From Squalus acanthias (Eukaryota): 64,000 nt of DNA. Positions 13,745-27,145 of the stretch are shown here, piece after piece. The translations under genes were made by a program, and so were the position numbers. Position 1 is the stretch's first letter, and every line of letters begins with the position of its first letter. The notes under the pieces are model-generated. The model had not been told where the DNA came from. It made no database searches and worked only from the letters and a program-made list of their open reading frames with translations. The DNA is taken from positions 149,794,001-149,858,000 of the forward strand of contig CM059431.1 in the NCBI GenBank assembly GCA_030390025.1, read 5' to 3'.

Positions 13745-14472
13745 AAATGGAACCCATTGGATTAAAGGGGCAGTGGCAATATGGCTCGGAAATTGGCTAA
13801 GAGACAGAAAGTTGTGGTTGTTTTTCAGACTGGAGGGAAGTATAAAATTGCGCCCCCCTGGGGTCAGCATTGTGACAACTGCTCTTTTCATGTATATCAA
13901 TGCCATGGACTTGAGTATACAGCACATAATTTCAAAGTTTTCAGATGATGGGAAACTCGGAAATATAAATTATCAGTGAGAAGGGTAGTAACAGACTTCA
14001 GGAGCACATAGACAGTCTGGTGACATGGGCAGTTACATGGCAGAAACAAATTAACACAGGGAGTGTGAAATGATACATTTTGGTAGGAAGTATGAGCAGA
14101 GGCAATATAAACTAAACGGTACAATTTTAAAGTGGTTGCACGATCTGACAGACGTGCGGAGTACTAAAGACATTTTTGAAGGTGCAGGACAAGTTGTGGC
14201 AGCTGCTAATAAAGCATACGGAGTCCTTGGCTTTACAAACAGAAACACAGAGTAACACAATACAGGATGAAATACTAACCTTTTCTAAATCAATGGTTAG
14301 CTCCCAGCTGGAGCATTGTGTTCAATTCTGGGCATCACAGTTTGGCAAGCATGTCAAGGATTCGAGAAGGTTTAGGGATTTACGAGAATGATACCATGGA
14401 TCTGGGACTTCAATTACATGGAGAGACTGGTGAATCTGGGATTGTTCTTTTTAGAGCAGCGAAGGTTAAGGA
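13745..14472 (+). mobile_element. Old CR1 RT fragment
   Basis: ISKFSDD, LEHCVQFW and KAYGVLGF remnants. Confidence 0.75.
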
Positions 14473-14475
14473 AAA

Positions 14476-15905
14476 TAGAATCACAGAATCATAGAAATGT
14501 GCGGCACAGAAGGAGGCCATTCGGCCCATCGTCTCTGAACCGATCGCAAAAGAGCTATCCAGCCTATATCCACTTTCCAGCTCTTGGACCGTAGCCTTGC
14601 AAATTGTGGCACTTCAAGTGCACATCCATGTACTTTTTAATGTGATGAGGGTTTCTGCCTCTACCGTCCTTTCAGGCAGTGAGGTCCAGACCCCCACCAC
14701 ACACTTGGTAAAACGAATTCTCAACTCTCCTCGAATCCTTCTACCAATTACGTTAAATCAATGCCCCTGGTTATTGACCTCTCTGTGAAGGGAATAGCTG
14801 CTTCCTATCCACTCTATCTCGGCCGCTCATAATTTTATGCCCCTTAGTTAAAACACTCCCTCAACCTCGTCTGCTTTATAGAGAACTAGCATAAACTCTC
14901 GGATGTTATATTCTATGCCTCGGCTAATAAAATTGCTTATCCTGTATACCTTCTTAACCACCAACCTACCTGTCCTGCTACTTCACGGATCTGTGGACAA
15001 GTCCTTCAAGTCGCTCTGTTCCTCTACATTTCTCCGTATCCTACCAATTATTGTGTACTCCCTTGCCAAGTCAGCCCTCACAACTTCTCCTGATTGACTT
15101 CCATTTGACACTTTTCTGTCCAAATGACCAGACCATTGATTACTTCCTGTAGTCATCAGCTTTCTTCCTCACTATCAACCACACGGCCAATTTTTGTATC
15201 ATCTGCAAACTTTTTAATCATCGAGGTCTAAATAATTGATATATACCACAAACAGCAAGGGACCTGGTACAGAATCCTGCAGAAACCCAATGGAAACAGC
15301 CTTCTAGTCACAAAAACATCCGCCGAACATTACGCTTTGCATCCTGCCACTGAGCCAATTTTGGATCCAACTTGCCACTTTCCCTTGAATCCCGTGGGCT
15401 TTTACTTTTTTTACCATCCTCTCATTTTGGACCTTGTCAAATGCCTTGCTAATATCTATAGGGACTGCAGCTAATCCACTACCCTCATCGATCCTCATCG
15501 TTACCTCCGTATCAAATTCAATCAAGTTACTCAGATACAACCTTATCTTGTCTCTCTTAACAGCCTGGGATACATTTCATCCGGCCCTGGTGACTTATCT
15601 ACTTTCAAATAAGCAAAACCTCTTAATACTTCCTCTCTCTCTATGCTTATCCTATCTAATATTTCACAGTCTTCCTCTTTAACTACAATGTCTGCATTGT
15701 CCTTCTTTTCTGTGAAGACAGACGAAATGTATTCCTGAAGAACCATATCCATGTCTTCCACCTCCACACAGAGGTTATCTTATTGATCTCTAATAGGCCC
15801 TACTCTTTCCTCAGTTATCGTCTTGCACTTTATGTATTTATAAAACATCTTTGGGCTTTCCTTGATTTAACTTGTTAATATTATTTCATTCCCTCTCTTT
15901 GCTCT
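14476..15905 (-). mobile_element. CR1 3' fragment
   Basis: DKSPGPDEMYPRLL and DISKAFDKV; agaatcac/agaatcat tail at 14476. Confidence 0.8.
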
Positions 15906-15909
15906 CACT

Positions 15910-18035
15910 GAGACATGCCTACCGAAAATTCATGCCTTGGAATAAAATATTTTTTGCTTTCACATATTTAGAAAAGATAGAGAGAGGGAAAAAGGGGTGG
16001 TGGAGTTACTGTACTTTAGAGATACCATAATGGCAGTAGATAACAGTGACGCAGGTATCAGCAAGACAGAAATAGAATACATGTGGATAGAGATGAAACT
16101 AATAAATGATCAGTCACACTAATGGGATATTCAACAGACCACCTAATAGTGGAAGTGAGTTGGAGGTAGAAAAATGCAGACAAATTCGGGAAATTAGTGA
16201 CAAAAATAGAATAATTATCATAGGGGATTTCAAATACCCACATATTAATTGGACAAAAGAAGCAGGTAAAGGGGATAAGGGAATAGAGTTCCAACAATGT
16301 GTTCAAGACTCCCTTGTAACCTAATATGTAAAAGCCCAACAAGGGAGGATGCACTATTGCATCTAGTAATAGTGAATAAACCAGAGCATATAAGAGCAGT
16401 AAAAGTCGGGGAACATTCAGGCAATGGTGACCATAATATAACACGTTTAAGATAATAATTGAGTAGGGCAAAGGGGTGACAACGAGCAGGGTAATAGATT
16501 GGAGAACAGTCGATATTGAGGGGCTGAGAATGAAACTTAGGACATAAAATGGACAACATTTGCAAGCAATGATGTAGAACGGCAATAGGAAACTTTTGAA
16601 ACAGTGTTCAACAGAGTCCAGGAAATATATATTCTGCTAATAAAAAAGAACAAGTTAAACACTAATGAGCCACCGTGTATGAATAAAGCCATAATGTTAA
16701 AAATGAGCAGAAGGAAAGCGGCAAACATTCACTGCATGGACAGCAGGGAAGAGTGTGGTAAGGGAGAATATGAAGGGTGTAGCAGGGAAGTAAGAAAAAA
16801 ACAATAAGGAAGACAAACATAAACTAGGAAATTACATTATCAAGGAACAAAAAAAAGTTAAATATTTCACAGGCATATCAATAGTTATTTTTTGATGGGA
16901 ATAGGGCCACGAGGCGATGGACAGGCAGCAATAGAGAGTTGCAGAGAGTAGGGATAAAGGGTAACTCATCAGCGTGGCAGAAGGTGGGGAGTGGTGTTCT
17001 ACAAGGATCACTGCTGGGACCACAGTTGTTCATCACTTATATTAATGATTTCGATTTTGGAACCAAAAACATAATTTCAAAATGTGTGGACGACACGAAT
17101 TTGAGGGGATGGCCAACACTGAGGAGGACAGCAACAAATTACAAGATTACCTTAATAAACTTGCAGAATTGGCATATAATTAGCAAATTAGATTCAACAC
17201 AGACAAATGTGAGGTATTACATTTTGGTAAGACAAATAGGGAGGTCACATATTACTTGGAAAATAAGAATCCAAAATAGGGGAGAGGTGCAAAGGGATCT
17301 AGGAGTACAAATATACAAATCGCTGAAAAGTATCGACACAGGTTAAAAGGCCATACAAAAAGCAACCCAAGCACTATGGTTTGTTTCTAGAGGGATAGAA
17401 TTGAAGAGGAGTGAAGTTATGCCAAACTTTGTTTCGAACATTGGTGAGGACTTGGTTAGATCACACTTGGATTACTATGTGCATTTCTGCTCGCCATATT
17501 ATGAAAAAAGGATATGAAGGCACTGGAGAGGGTGTAGAGAAGATTTATAAAGATGACACCCGAAATGCGAGGGTACACCTATCATGAAAGGATGAACACA
17601 CTGGGTATCTTTTCACTTGAAAACAAAAGGCTGAGGGGTGACCTAATAGAGGTCTTTAAATCATGAAAGATTTTGACAGAATAAATTCAGTGACAATGTT
17701 TCCACTTGTGGGAAGAGGAAAACTAGAGGTCATCAATATAAGATAGTCACCAAGAAATCAAATAGGGATTTCAGAATAAACTTCTTTAACCAGAGAGTGG
17801 TGAGAATGTGGAACACGCTACCACAGGGACTGGCTGAAGCGAATAGTATGCATGCATTAAAGGGGCGGTTAGATAAGCTTAAAAGTGAGAAGGGAATAGA
17901 GGGTTATGCTGATAGAATTAGATGAGGAATGACAGGTGGAGGCTCGAGTGGAGCATAAATACCGGTCTAGACTGATTGGGTCAAATGGCCTGTTTATGTG
18001 CCGAATATCCTATATAATCCTATGTAATCCTATGA
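15910..18035 (+). mobile_element. Old CR1 with an internal deletion (endonuclease joined to the RT 3' half)
   Basis: RPPNS..IIGDFKYPHINW, GVLQGSLLGP; (atcctatgta)-like tail near 18007-18035. Confidence 0.8.
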
Positions 18036-18184
18036 AACCCTTGCAATTACTTTACTCCTCTAGGCTTTCTGTAGTAGTGGGTTCTCAGCATTAGACAAAA
18101 GCTTCCCTTATTTCCCTTCTTCTTCCCCGTATGCTTCTTGACTTCCAGTGGGCCCTAAATTTGAGAGTCTCTTCCTTTTTGTCA

Positions 18185-18632
18185 GATGTGGCTCGGTTAG
18201 TTCCACACTCGTCTCTGAGTCAGAAGGTTTGGGTTCAAGTTCCATTCCAGGGACCTGAGCATATAAAACAATGGTGACACTCCAGTGCAGTGCTGAAGGA
18301 GTGCTGCACTTTCGGAGGTAACGTCTTTCGGATGAGACGTTAAACGGAGGCCCCGTCTGCTCCATCAGGTGGACGTAAAAATGCCAATGGCACTATTTCG
18401 ATGAAGAGCAGGTGAGGTGTCCTTGCAAATATTTATCCCTGAATCAACATAACAAATCAGATTATCTGGTCATTAACACATTGCTATTTGTGCGAGCTTG
18501 CTGTGCGCAAATTGGCAGCCGCGTTTCCTAAAATACAGCAGTGACTACACTTCAAGAGTACTCATTGTCTGCAAGCGCTTTGAGACTTCCGCTGGTCGTG
18601 AAAGGCGCTATATAAATGCAAGTCTTTCATTT
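18185..18632 (+). mobile_element. tRNA-headed Deu-domain SINE (SacSINE1/AmnSINE1-like)
   Basis: Pol III A box TGGCTCGGTTAG and B box GGTTCAAGTTCC; Deu-like core (..gagcttgctgtgcgcaaattggc..); tail gaaaggcgctatataaatgcaagtcttt. Confidence 0.8.
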
Positions 18633-19299
18633 CTTTTTTTCTTTGTGGGAACATATTTGCTCTGAACTCTCACTACCTCCTTCTTGAATGCCCCCATTGC
18701 TCTGACACTGATTTACCTTCAAGTAGCTGTTTCCAGTTCGCTTTTGCTAAATCGCAGCTCAGCTCCGTAAAATTGGCATTTCCCCAATTGAAAACTTTTA
18801 CACCTGGTCTATCTTTTTCCTTTTTCATAAGGGGAGATTTATTATAGATATTAAAAATGTTGATTGGATTTCATAGTGCGCATAAGTCGAATTGTTTTGC
18901 AGTGGCAGATAGGTGGTTAACCAGAGTAAACAGAATTTAGTTAATAGGCAAAAGACCCAGAGGACAGATGAGGAGAACTTACTTTTTGCAGTGAGTTGCT
19001 GTGATCTGGAATGCACTGCCTGAGAACGTTGTGGAAGTAGATTCATTAGTAACTATCGAAAGGCAATGGGATAATTAGTTGAATGGAATTTTTTTAACCG
19101 GGCTCTGGCTAAAGAGTAGGAATAATGAGACAGCTCTTTGCTAGAGATGGCACTGACACGATGGGCCGAATGTTCTCCTTCTGTGCTGTACTATTCTATG
19201 ACACTATGAGCAAGAGGCAGAGAGAGAGAAGAGGGATAGTGAGAGACGGAGACAAAGAAAAATAGAGACAGAAAGACTGGGAGAGGTACAGCAGGGAAC

Positions 19300-22200
19300 A
19301 AATTAAATTACCGCAGGTAAAGGCTTTGACAGACAGTGTATGGGTGACCAAGAAGAAGGGCAATATCAGGAAGGTAGTGCAGGAGTCTCCTGTGGTCTTC
19401 TCCCTCCAAAACAGGTATGCCGCTTTGGATACTGTTGGGGGAGATGGCCTACCAGGGGAAGGCAACAGCAGCCAGGTTCATGGCACCATGGCTGGCTCTA
19501 CTGCACAGCAGGGCGGGAAAAAGAGTGGTAGGTCTATAGTGATAGGGGACTCAATTGTAAAGGGAATAGACAGGAGTTTCTGTGGCCGCAACCGAGATTC
19601 CAGGATGGTATGTTGCCTCCCTGGTGCAAGGGTCAAGGATGTCTCGGAGCGGCTGCAGAACATTCTGAAGAGGGAGGGTGAACAGCCAGCTGTCGTGGTG
19701 CATGTAGGTACCAACGATATAGGTAAAAAGCGGGAAGAGGTCCTACAAGCAGAATTTAGGGAGCTAGGAGCTAAATTAAAAAGTAGGACACTAAGGTAGT
19801 AATCTCTGGATTTCTACCAGGGCCACGTGCTAATCAGAATAGAGAGAACAGGATAGTGAGATTGAATACGTGGCTTGAGCAGTGGTGCAGGAGGGAGGGA
19901 TTCAAATTCCTGAGGCATTGGAACCAGTTCTGGGGGAAGTGGGACCTGTACAAAAGGGACGGTCTGCACTTGGGCAGGACTGGAACCGATGTCCTCGGGG
20001 TAATATTTGCTAAAGCAGTTCGGGAGGATTTAAACTAATATGGCAGGGGAAGGGGAAACTATGTAGCGAAACAGGGGGAAGTAATATGCAGTCAGAAACA
20101 AATGTTAGAAGGGTGAGAACCAACAGGGGAAGTCCGAGTAAACAAAGGCAAGACACACAAAGGGCCATACTAAATCACAAGTCTAAAAGGACAAAGGATG
20201 TTAATAAAATAAGCCTAAAGGCTCTGTGTCTTAATGCAAGGAGTATCCGTAGTAAGGTGGATGAATTGACTGTGCAAATAGATGTTAACAGATACGATGT
20301 GATTGGGATTACAGAGACGTGGCTCCAGAACAATCAAGGCTGGGAACTGAACATCCAGGGGTATTCAACATTCAGAAAGGATAGAATAAAAGAAAAAGAG
20401 GGTAGGGTAGCATTGCTGGTTAAAGAGGAGATTAATGCAATAGCTAGGAAGGACATCAGCTTGGAGGATGTGGATTCAATATGGGTTGAGCTGCAGAACA
20501 CCAAATGGCAGAAAACGTTAGTGGGAGTTGTGTACAAAAAAGGCACGGCAGTTATCATGGGTGACTTTAATATGCATATAGATTGGGCTACTCAAACTGG
20601 AAGCAATACGGTGGAGGAGGATTTCCTGGAGTGTTTAAGGGATGGTTTCCTAAACCAATATGTTGAGGATCCAACTCGAGGGGAGGCCATCCTGGACTGG
20701 GTGTTGTGTAATGAGGAAGGACTAATCAGCAATCTTGTGGTACGAGGCCCCCTGGGAAGAGTGACCATAGTATGGTGGAGTTCTACATTAGGATGGAGAA
20801 GGAAACAGTTAAGTCAGAGACCATGGTCCAGAACTTAAATAAGGGCAACTTTGAGGGTATGAGGCGTGAATTGGCGAGGTTAAATTGGCAAGCGATATTT
20901 AAGGGGCTATCATTGGAAGGGCAATGGCAGACATTTAGAGATCGCATGGATGAACTACAACAATTGTACATCCCGGTCTGGCGTAAAAATAAAAAAGGGA
21001 AGGTGGCTCAACCATGGCTAACAAGGGAAATCAGGGATAGTATTAAATCCAAGGAAGTTGCATACAAATTGGCCAGAAGTAGCAGCAAACCCGGGGACTG
21101 GGAGAACTTCAAAACTCAGCAGAGGAGGACGAAGGGTATGATTAGGGCAGGGAAAATAAAATATGAAAGGAAGCTTGCAGAGAACATTAAAATGGACTGC
21201 AAAAGCTTCTATAAATATGTAAAGAGAAAGAGGTTAGTGAAAACAAACGTAGGTCCCCTGCAGTCGGAAACAGGGGAAGTCGTAATGGGGAACAAGGAAA
21301 TGGCTGATCAATTGAACATGTACTTTGGTTTGGTGTTTACTGTGGAGGACACACACAACCTGCCGGAAATAAAAGGGGTCAGAGGATCTGGTAAGAGGGA
21401 AGAGCTGAGGGAAATCCTTATTAGTCGGGAAAAGGTATTGGGGAAATTGATGGGACTGAAGGCTGAAAAATCCCCGGGGCCTGATGGTCTGCATCCCAGA
21501 GTACTTAAGGAGGTGGCCTTGGAAATAGTGGATGCATTGACGATCATTTTCCAACATTCCTTAGTCTCTGGATCAGTTCCGATGGAGTGGAGGGTGGCCA
21601 ATGTAACCCCTCTTTATAAAGAAGGAGGGAGGGAAAAAGCAGGGAATTATAGACCGGTCAGCCTGACATCGGTCGTGGGTAAAATGATGGAAGCAATTAT
21701 TAAAGACGTCATAACAGACCATTTGGAAAGTGGCGACATGATAGGTCCAAGTCAGCATGCATTTGTGAAAGGGAAATCATGCTTGACAAATCTTCTGGAA
21801 TTTTTTGAGGATGTTTCCAATAGGGTGGACAGGGGGGAACCAGTAGATGTGGTGTATTTGGACTTTCAGAAGGCCTTCGACAAGGTCCCACACAAGAGAT
21901 TGGTGAGCAAAGTTAAAGCACATGGGATTGGGGGTAATATGTTGACGTGGATTGAGAACTGGTTGGCACACAGGAAACAAAGAGTAGAAGTAAATGGGTA
22001 CTTTTCAGAAAAGGCAGGCAGTGACCAGCAGGGTACCGCAGGGTTCGGTGTTGGGACCCCAGCTGTTTACATTATATATTAATGATTTGGACGAAGGGAT
22101 TAAAAGTAATATCTCCAAATTTGCGGATGACACTAAATTGGGAGGCAGTGTGAACAATGAGGAGGATGCTAGGAGGCTACAGAGTGACTTGGACAGGTTG

Positions 22201-23015
22201 GGTGAATGGGCAAATGTATGGCAGATGAAGTACAATGTGGATAAATGTGAGGTTATCCACTTTGGTGGTAAAAATAGAGAGGTGGACTATTACCTGAATG
22301 GTGGCAGATTAGTGAAAGTGGAGGTGCAACGAGACCTGGGCGTCATGGTACATCAGTCACTGAAGGTGGGAATGCAAGCGCAGCAGGCAGTCAAGAAAGC
22401 AAACGGAATGATGGCCTTCATAGTAAGGGGATTTGAGTACAGGAGTAGGGAGGTGATGCTGCAGTTGTACATGGCCTTTGTGAGGCCACACCTGGAGTAT
22501 TGTGCGCAGTTTTGATCTCCTAACTTAAGGAAGGACATTCTTGCTATTGAGGGAGTAGAGTGATGGTTCACTAGATTGATTCCTGGGATGGCCGGACTGA
22601 CATATCAAGAAAGATTGGGTCAACTGAACTTGTATCCTCTGGAGTTCAGAAGACTGAGGGGGGATCTAAAAGAGACATTTAAAATCCTGACTGGTTTAGA
22701 CAAGTTAGATACGGGCAGAATGTTCCCAATGTTAGGGGAAGCCATTTAAGACTGAGCTGAGGAGGAACTTCTTCACCCAGAGAGTGGTGAATCTATGGAA
22801 TTCTCTTCCACAGAAGGTTGTTGAGGCCAGTTCGCTAAACATATTCAAAAGGGAGTTAGATATAACACTCACAACTAGGGGGATCAAGGGGTATGGCGAG
22901 AAAGCAGGAATGTGGTACTGAGGTAGCATGTTCAGCCATGAACGCATTGAATGGCGGTGCAGGCTCGAAGGACCGAATGGTCTACTCCTGTACCTATTTT
23001 CTATGTTTCTATGTC
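19300..23015 (+). mobile_element. CR1 LINE, 5'-truncated: ORF1 SGNH esterase plus broken ORF2 (APE-RT)
   Basis: [62 protein letters not shown]; ctatgttt tail. Confidence 0.95.
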
Positions 23016-23609
23016 TAAAAGGGGAATTGGATAAATACTTAAAGGGTAACAATTTGCAGGACAATGGAAAAAGAACAGGGAAATTGGAATAATTGGAGGG
23101 GTGAGGCCATGGTGGGATTTGATCTTTCGGATGATAATATTAAGATCGAGGCCTTTCCTGATCGGGAGCAAATGGTGATCAGTGAGCAAAGTAATGGTGG
23201 GTGAACGGAACATGATGCATCTTAGGATGTGGGCAGCAGAGTTTTGGATGAGCTCTCGTTTATGGAGGCTTGTAACTGGGAGGCCAGCCAGAACTGTATT
23301 GGAATAGTCGAGTGAGGTTTACAAAGGCACGCGCGAGGGTTTATGCAGCGGAAAGGCTGAGGAGGTGCGGAGACGGTCGATATTACGCAGGTGATAGTCG
23401 GCAGGACTGATGGTTCAGAGGATATGTGATCGGAACTCAGCACAGGCTCAAAGAGAACTCCGTGGTTGCTAACAATCTGGTTCATCCTCAGACGTTGGTC
23501 AGGGAGGGGGACTGAATTGGTAAATAAAAAATGGAGTTTTTTGACGAGGATCGACGACAATGTCTTTGGACTTCCAAAGATTTAAATGATAAACACAGTA
23601 ATACAGTGA

Positions 23610-23890
23610 GACGTGGTGTACAGATCTAACTGCTGGATGTAGAGACTTAACAGGAAGACCAACAGCAGCACAGATGAGAGAGTAACTTCCGACAATAGTA
23701 ATACTGTATGCAAAGGTTTACAGATTTAATAGCTGGATACAGAGACTTACCAGGAACAACAACCGCAACAAGGAGGGGAATGTAAAAGGCAAGAACTGTA
23801 ATGCAGTTAAACACGTTATATAGAACTAATAGTTGGATAGAGAGACTTACCAGAAACACCAACAGCAGCAAGGAGGGGATAGTAAATGCA
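23610..23890 (-). repeat. Three ~100-bp tandem copies of the exon-1 end plus splice donor
   Basis: Donor-like sites G|GTAAGT at 23850 and 23750 and a degenerate G|TTAAGT at 23650, each preceded by an LxAVGVP-like coding remnant. Confidence 0.75.
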
Positions 23891-24031
23891 TTGCATAATC
23901 AGAAGTGCGTAATAGATCTTATTTGCTACTGGTAGATAATCATACATTTCAGAAAACAAATAAAACGCAAAAGAGAAACCCTTGCCCATAGTTGTAACAT
24001 TCCAATCTACTGATCTCAGATTCTGATCCAT
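23851..24031 (-). CDS. Distal GPR139-like exon 1 (intact N-terminus and start of TM1)
   Basis: ATG 24031, MDQNLRSVDWNVTTMGKGF...IYYPLLAAVGVS-G|GTAAGT. 181 nt ending in phase 1, matching the phase-1 acceptor at 632. Confidence 0.8.
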
Positions 24032-24137
24032 TGTTGTAACATTCCAATCTACTGTTCTCAGATTCCGACTCACTTTCTGATGAGCAGCGCACTGATCACT
24101 GTTAGTGCGGGAGGAGATGCTCTCACTGACTTTATGG

Positions 24138-24244
24138 GATAACACATTGAATGGAGTCCCTTATTAATAAAAGAGGGAAACCCTGTACTGATGCAATTAG
24201 GGTCCATGGAGAATGATATTAATTACAGTGACTGAACAAACAGC
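24138..24244 (-). promoter_or_regulatory. Putative GPCR promoter, copy B
   Basis: Homologous to 3470-3577; TATTAATAA, gagggaaaccc and TAATTG/TAATTA motifs. Confidence 0.5.
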
Positions 24245-24294
24245 TTCAGTTAACCCATTTCAATCCAGCACGTTTTGTACCAAAGTAAAGTAGA

Positions 24295-25022
24295 ACATTT
24301 CCGTGCTCCGGATGAGATGTATGAGGGTTGCTGAGGGATGTTAAGGTGGAAACAGCGCAGGATCTACACAGAATCTTTCAATCCTTCTTGGATATGGGAG
24401 TGGGACCAAAGGATTTTAGGGTTGCCAATCTTACAACCTGCTTAAAAAAGAAGGGAGGGATAAACCCTGTAACTACGGGCCAGTCAGGCGAACGTAGGCG
24501 GTGGGGAAATTTCTAGAGGCCATATACCCGAAGAAAATTATGTCACTTGGAAAGAAACATGGATTAATAAATGACAACAAGCACGGATACGTTAACGACG
24601 AAGTGTGTCTGAGATCTTGAATGAGTTCTTTGATGAAATAACGGAGAGTGTTGATGAGCGTAATGTGGTTGACGTTTTTACATGACTTTAAAAATGCATT
24701 TGATAAAGTGTCTTTAATAAACTTATTCGAGAACAAAGGGTCAGTGGCAGTGTGAATCTGACATTGGTTAAGGGACAGAAAGCAGAGAGTAGTGGTGACT
24801 GGTTGTTTTTCAGAGTGGAGTGAAGTATACAGTGGTGTCCCCCAGGTGTCGCTTTTCGGACCACTGGTCATTTAGATAAATATTAAACATAATGTTATAT
24901 ACATATACATGTAACCGGCATAATTTGAACGTTTGCAGATGATACAAAACTAGGAAAAGTAGTAAACACAGATTGGGATAGGAGTAGGCTTCAGGAGGAC
25001 ATAGACAAACTGGTGAAATGAG
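24295..25022 (+). mobile_element. Old CR1 RT fragment
   Basis: Degenerate PDEM, AFDKV, GVPQ and FADD segments. Confidence 0.75.
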
Positions 25023-25029
25023 CGAAGTG

Positions 25030-27090
25030 ACGAAAGGTGTCGTCGACAGTGTTATTAAGTGTTACCTACTCACCAATAAACTACTCACGGAAGCTCAGTT
25101 TGGTTTCAGCCAGAAACGCTCGGCTTGCAGACTTCAATACACCCTTTGTCGAAACATGGACAAAGAGCTGGATTCCAGTGCTGAGGTGAGAGTGACTGCT
25201 CTCGACATCTAGGCAGTATTTGACCAAGTGTGGCATCAAGGAGCACTCGTAAAATTGAAGTCATTGGGAATAAGGGGGAAAACTCTCCATTGTCTGGAGT
25301 CATACCTAGCACAAAGGAAGATGGCTCTGGTTGTTGGAAGACAATAATCTCAGCCCCAGGACATCGCTGCAGGAGTTGCTCAGGGCCGTGTCCTAGGCTC
25401 AACCATCTTTAGCTGCTTCATCAGTGATCTTCCCTCCAGCATAAGGTCAGAAATGGGGATGTTCGCTTACGATTGCAATGTTCACTTCCATTCGCAGCTC
25501 CTCAGATAAGACCCGAAAATTAGACCTAATGCGGGAGAGTACGCATTGTGTACTCTCGCGAATTAGGTCCCGAATTGCCGGTTTCCTGCATGCACTGCGC
25601 ATGCGCGGGCAACCGGCACTTCGTGTATTGCAAAGGGGGCGGTTCCGAAGTGAACCGTGTGCGCACTACAGGTTGTCCACACGCAGTGCACTTAGTTTTT
25701 TTTTCAGGTTTGAACGCGCAGGTAAGTGGTGAAGATTTTACACATAAAGAAAGCAGGCGTAGGACCCACTTTTAACAAGGTAAGTAGTTAATTAAGTGTT
25801 ATTTTAATTATTTTTCAACAGGTTTATCTTTTTTAGAGACTTTAAAGAAAGCTAAGTTTATTTTTATAACTTTTAAAAAGATTAAAACATTTTCAAAAAT
25901 GGTTAATTTATTTAACTATAGTTATTTTATTAATGTGACGGCTTTTTTTGATTTAATTGAGGTTTAGCTGTTATTTTGGGGGCTTGTAGTATTCATAGCT
26001 TTGACAGCCCTTGCTGTCAAAAGTATGAATGAAAGATGATGTGCTGCCATTGGCTCTAACTGAGTCACGTGATCCCAGAGCTCGCACGAACTAATTGCGC
26101 CTCAGGGACACGCAAGCACTGCACGGTTGCAGCAGGGAGAATCCCTGAAACTGAAGTTCTTGTTGGCCCGAAACAAAAAGGTAGGCGCGGAGTGCGATAT
26201 CGCGGGGAATCCTTACCCCCGCGGGAACCAATGAAGTTTAATTTCTGGGCCAATGCAGCAGTCCATGTCGCAAGCAGCAAGACCTGGACGACTTTCGGCT
26301 TGGGCTTATAATTGTCAAGTAGCACTCGCTCCACACAAGTGCCAGACAATGACGATCTCGAACAAGTTTCACCTCCCCGTGACATTCAATGGCATTACCA
26401 TCGGCAAATCCCTCACCATCAATATCCTGAGGTTCACCGTTCACCAGAAACTTAACTGGACCGGGACCAGCCACATAAAAACTTTGGCCAGAAGAGCAGG
26501 TCTGATCCTGGGTATTCTTCAGCGATTGTCTCACCACCTGACACCCCAAAGCCTTTCCACCATCTACAAGGCACAAGTCAGGAGTGTGATGGAATAATCT
26601 CCATTGACTGGATGCGAGCAGGTCCAATAACAGTCAATTTGCTCGACATCATCCAGGACAAAGCAGCCCGCTGGATTGGCACCACAACCACCACATTAAA
26701 CATTCACTCCCTCCACCGCCGGCGCACCATGGCTGCAGTGTGTATCATCTACAAGATGTACTGCGGCAACTCGACAAGGTTTCTTCGACAGCAACTCCCA
26801 AACCCGCGAACTTTACCACCTAGAAGGACAAGGGTAGCAGGGGCATGCAAAAATCACCACCTCCAATTTCCCTTCCAAGTCACACACCTTCCTGGTTTGG
26901 AAGTATATCGCCGTTCCTTCATCGTCGCTGTGTCAAAATCCTGCATTCTCTCCGTAACAGCCCTGTGGGAGAAAAGTCGCCGCACGGTTTGCAGTTCTTC
27001 AAGAAGGCGGCTTAACGCCACCTTCTAAAGGGCAATTAGGGATCGGCAATAATTGCTGTCCGTGCCAGCCATTGCCACTTCCAATGAATT
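25030..27090 (+). mobile_element. Non-LTR LINE 3' half (CR1/L2/Jockey-group RT), interrupted by a MITE
   Basis: EAQFGF..VTALDI..FDQVWHQG, LSTIYKAQVRSVME; same family as 52890-53845. Confidence 0.75.
25510..26251. mobile_element. Non-autonomous DNA transposon (MITE), possibly PIF/Harbinger-like
   Basis: Imperfect 16-bp TIRs gacccgaaaattagac / gtttaatttctgggcc. Splits the LINE at ctcagataa|aatgcagc with a 2-3 bp (T)AA duplication. AT-rich core. Confidence 0.6.
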
Positions 27091-27145
27091 AATAAAAATG
27101 AAAAAAAGACAGATACAATTTAATGCTGAGAGTTGTGAATGATAA

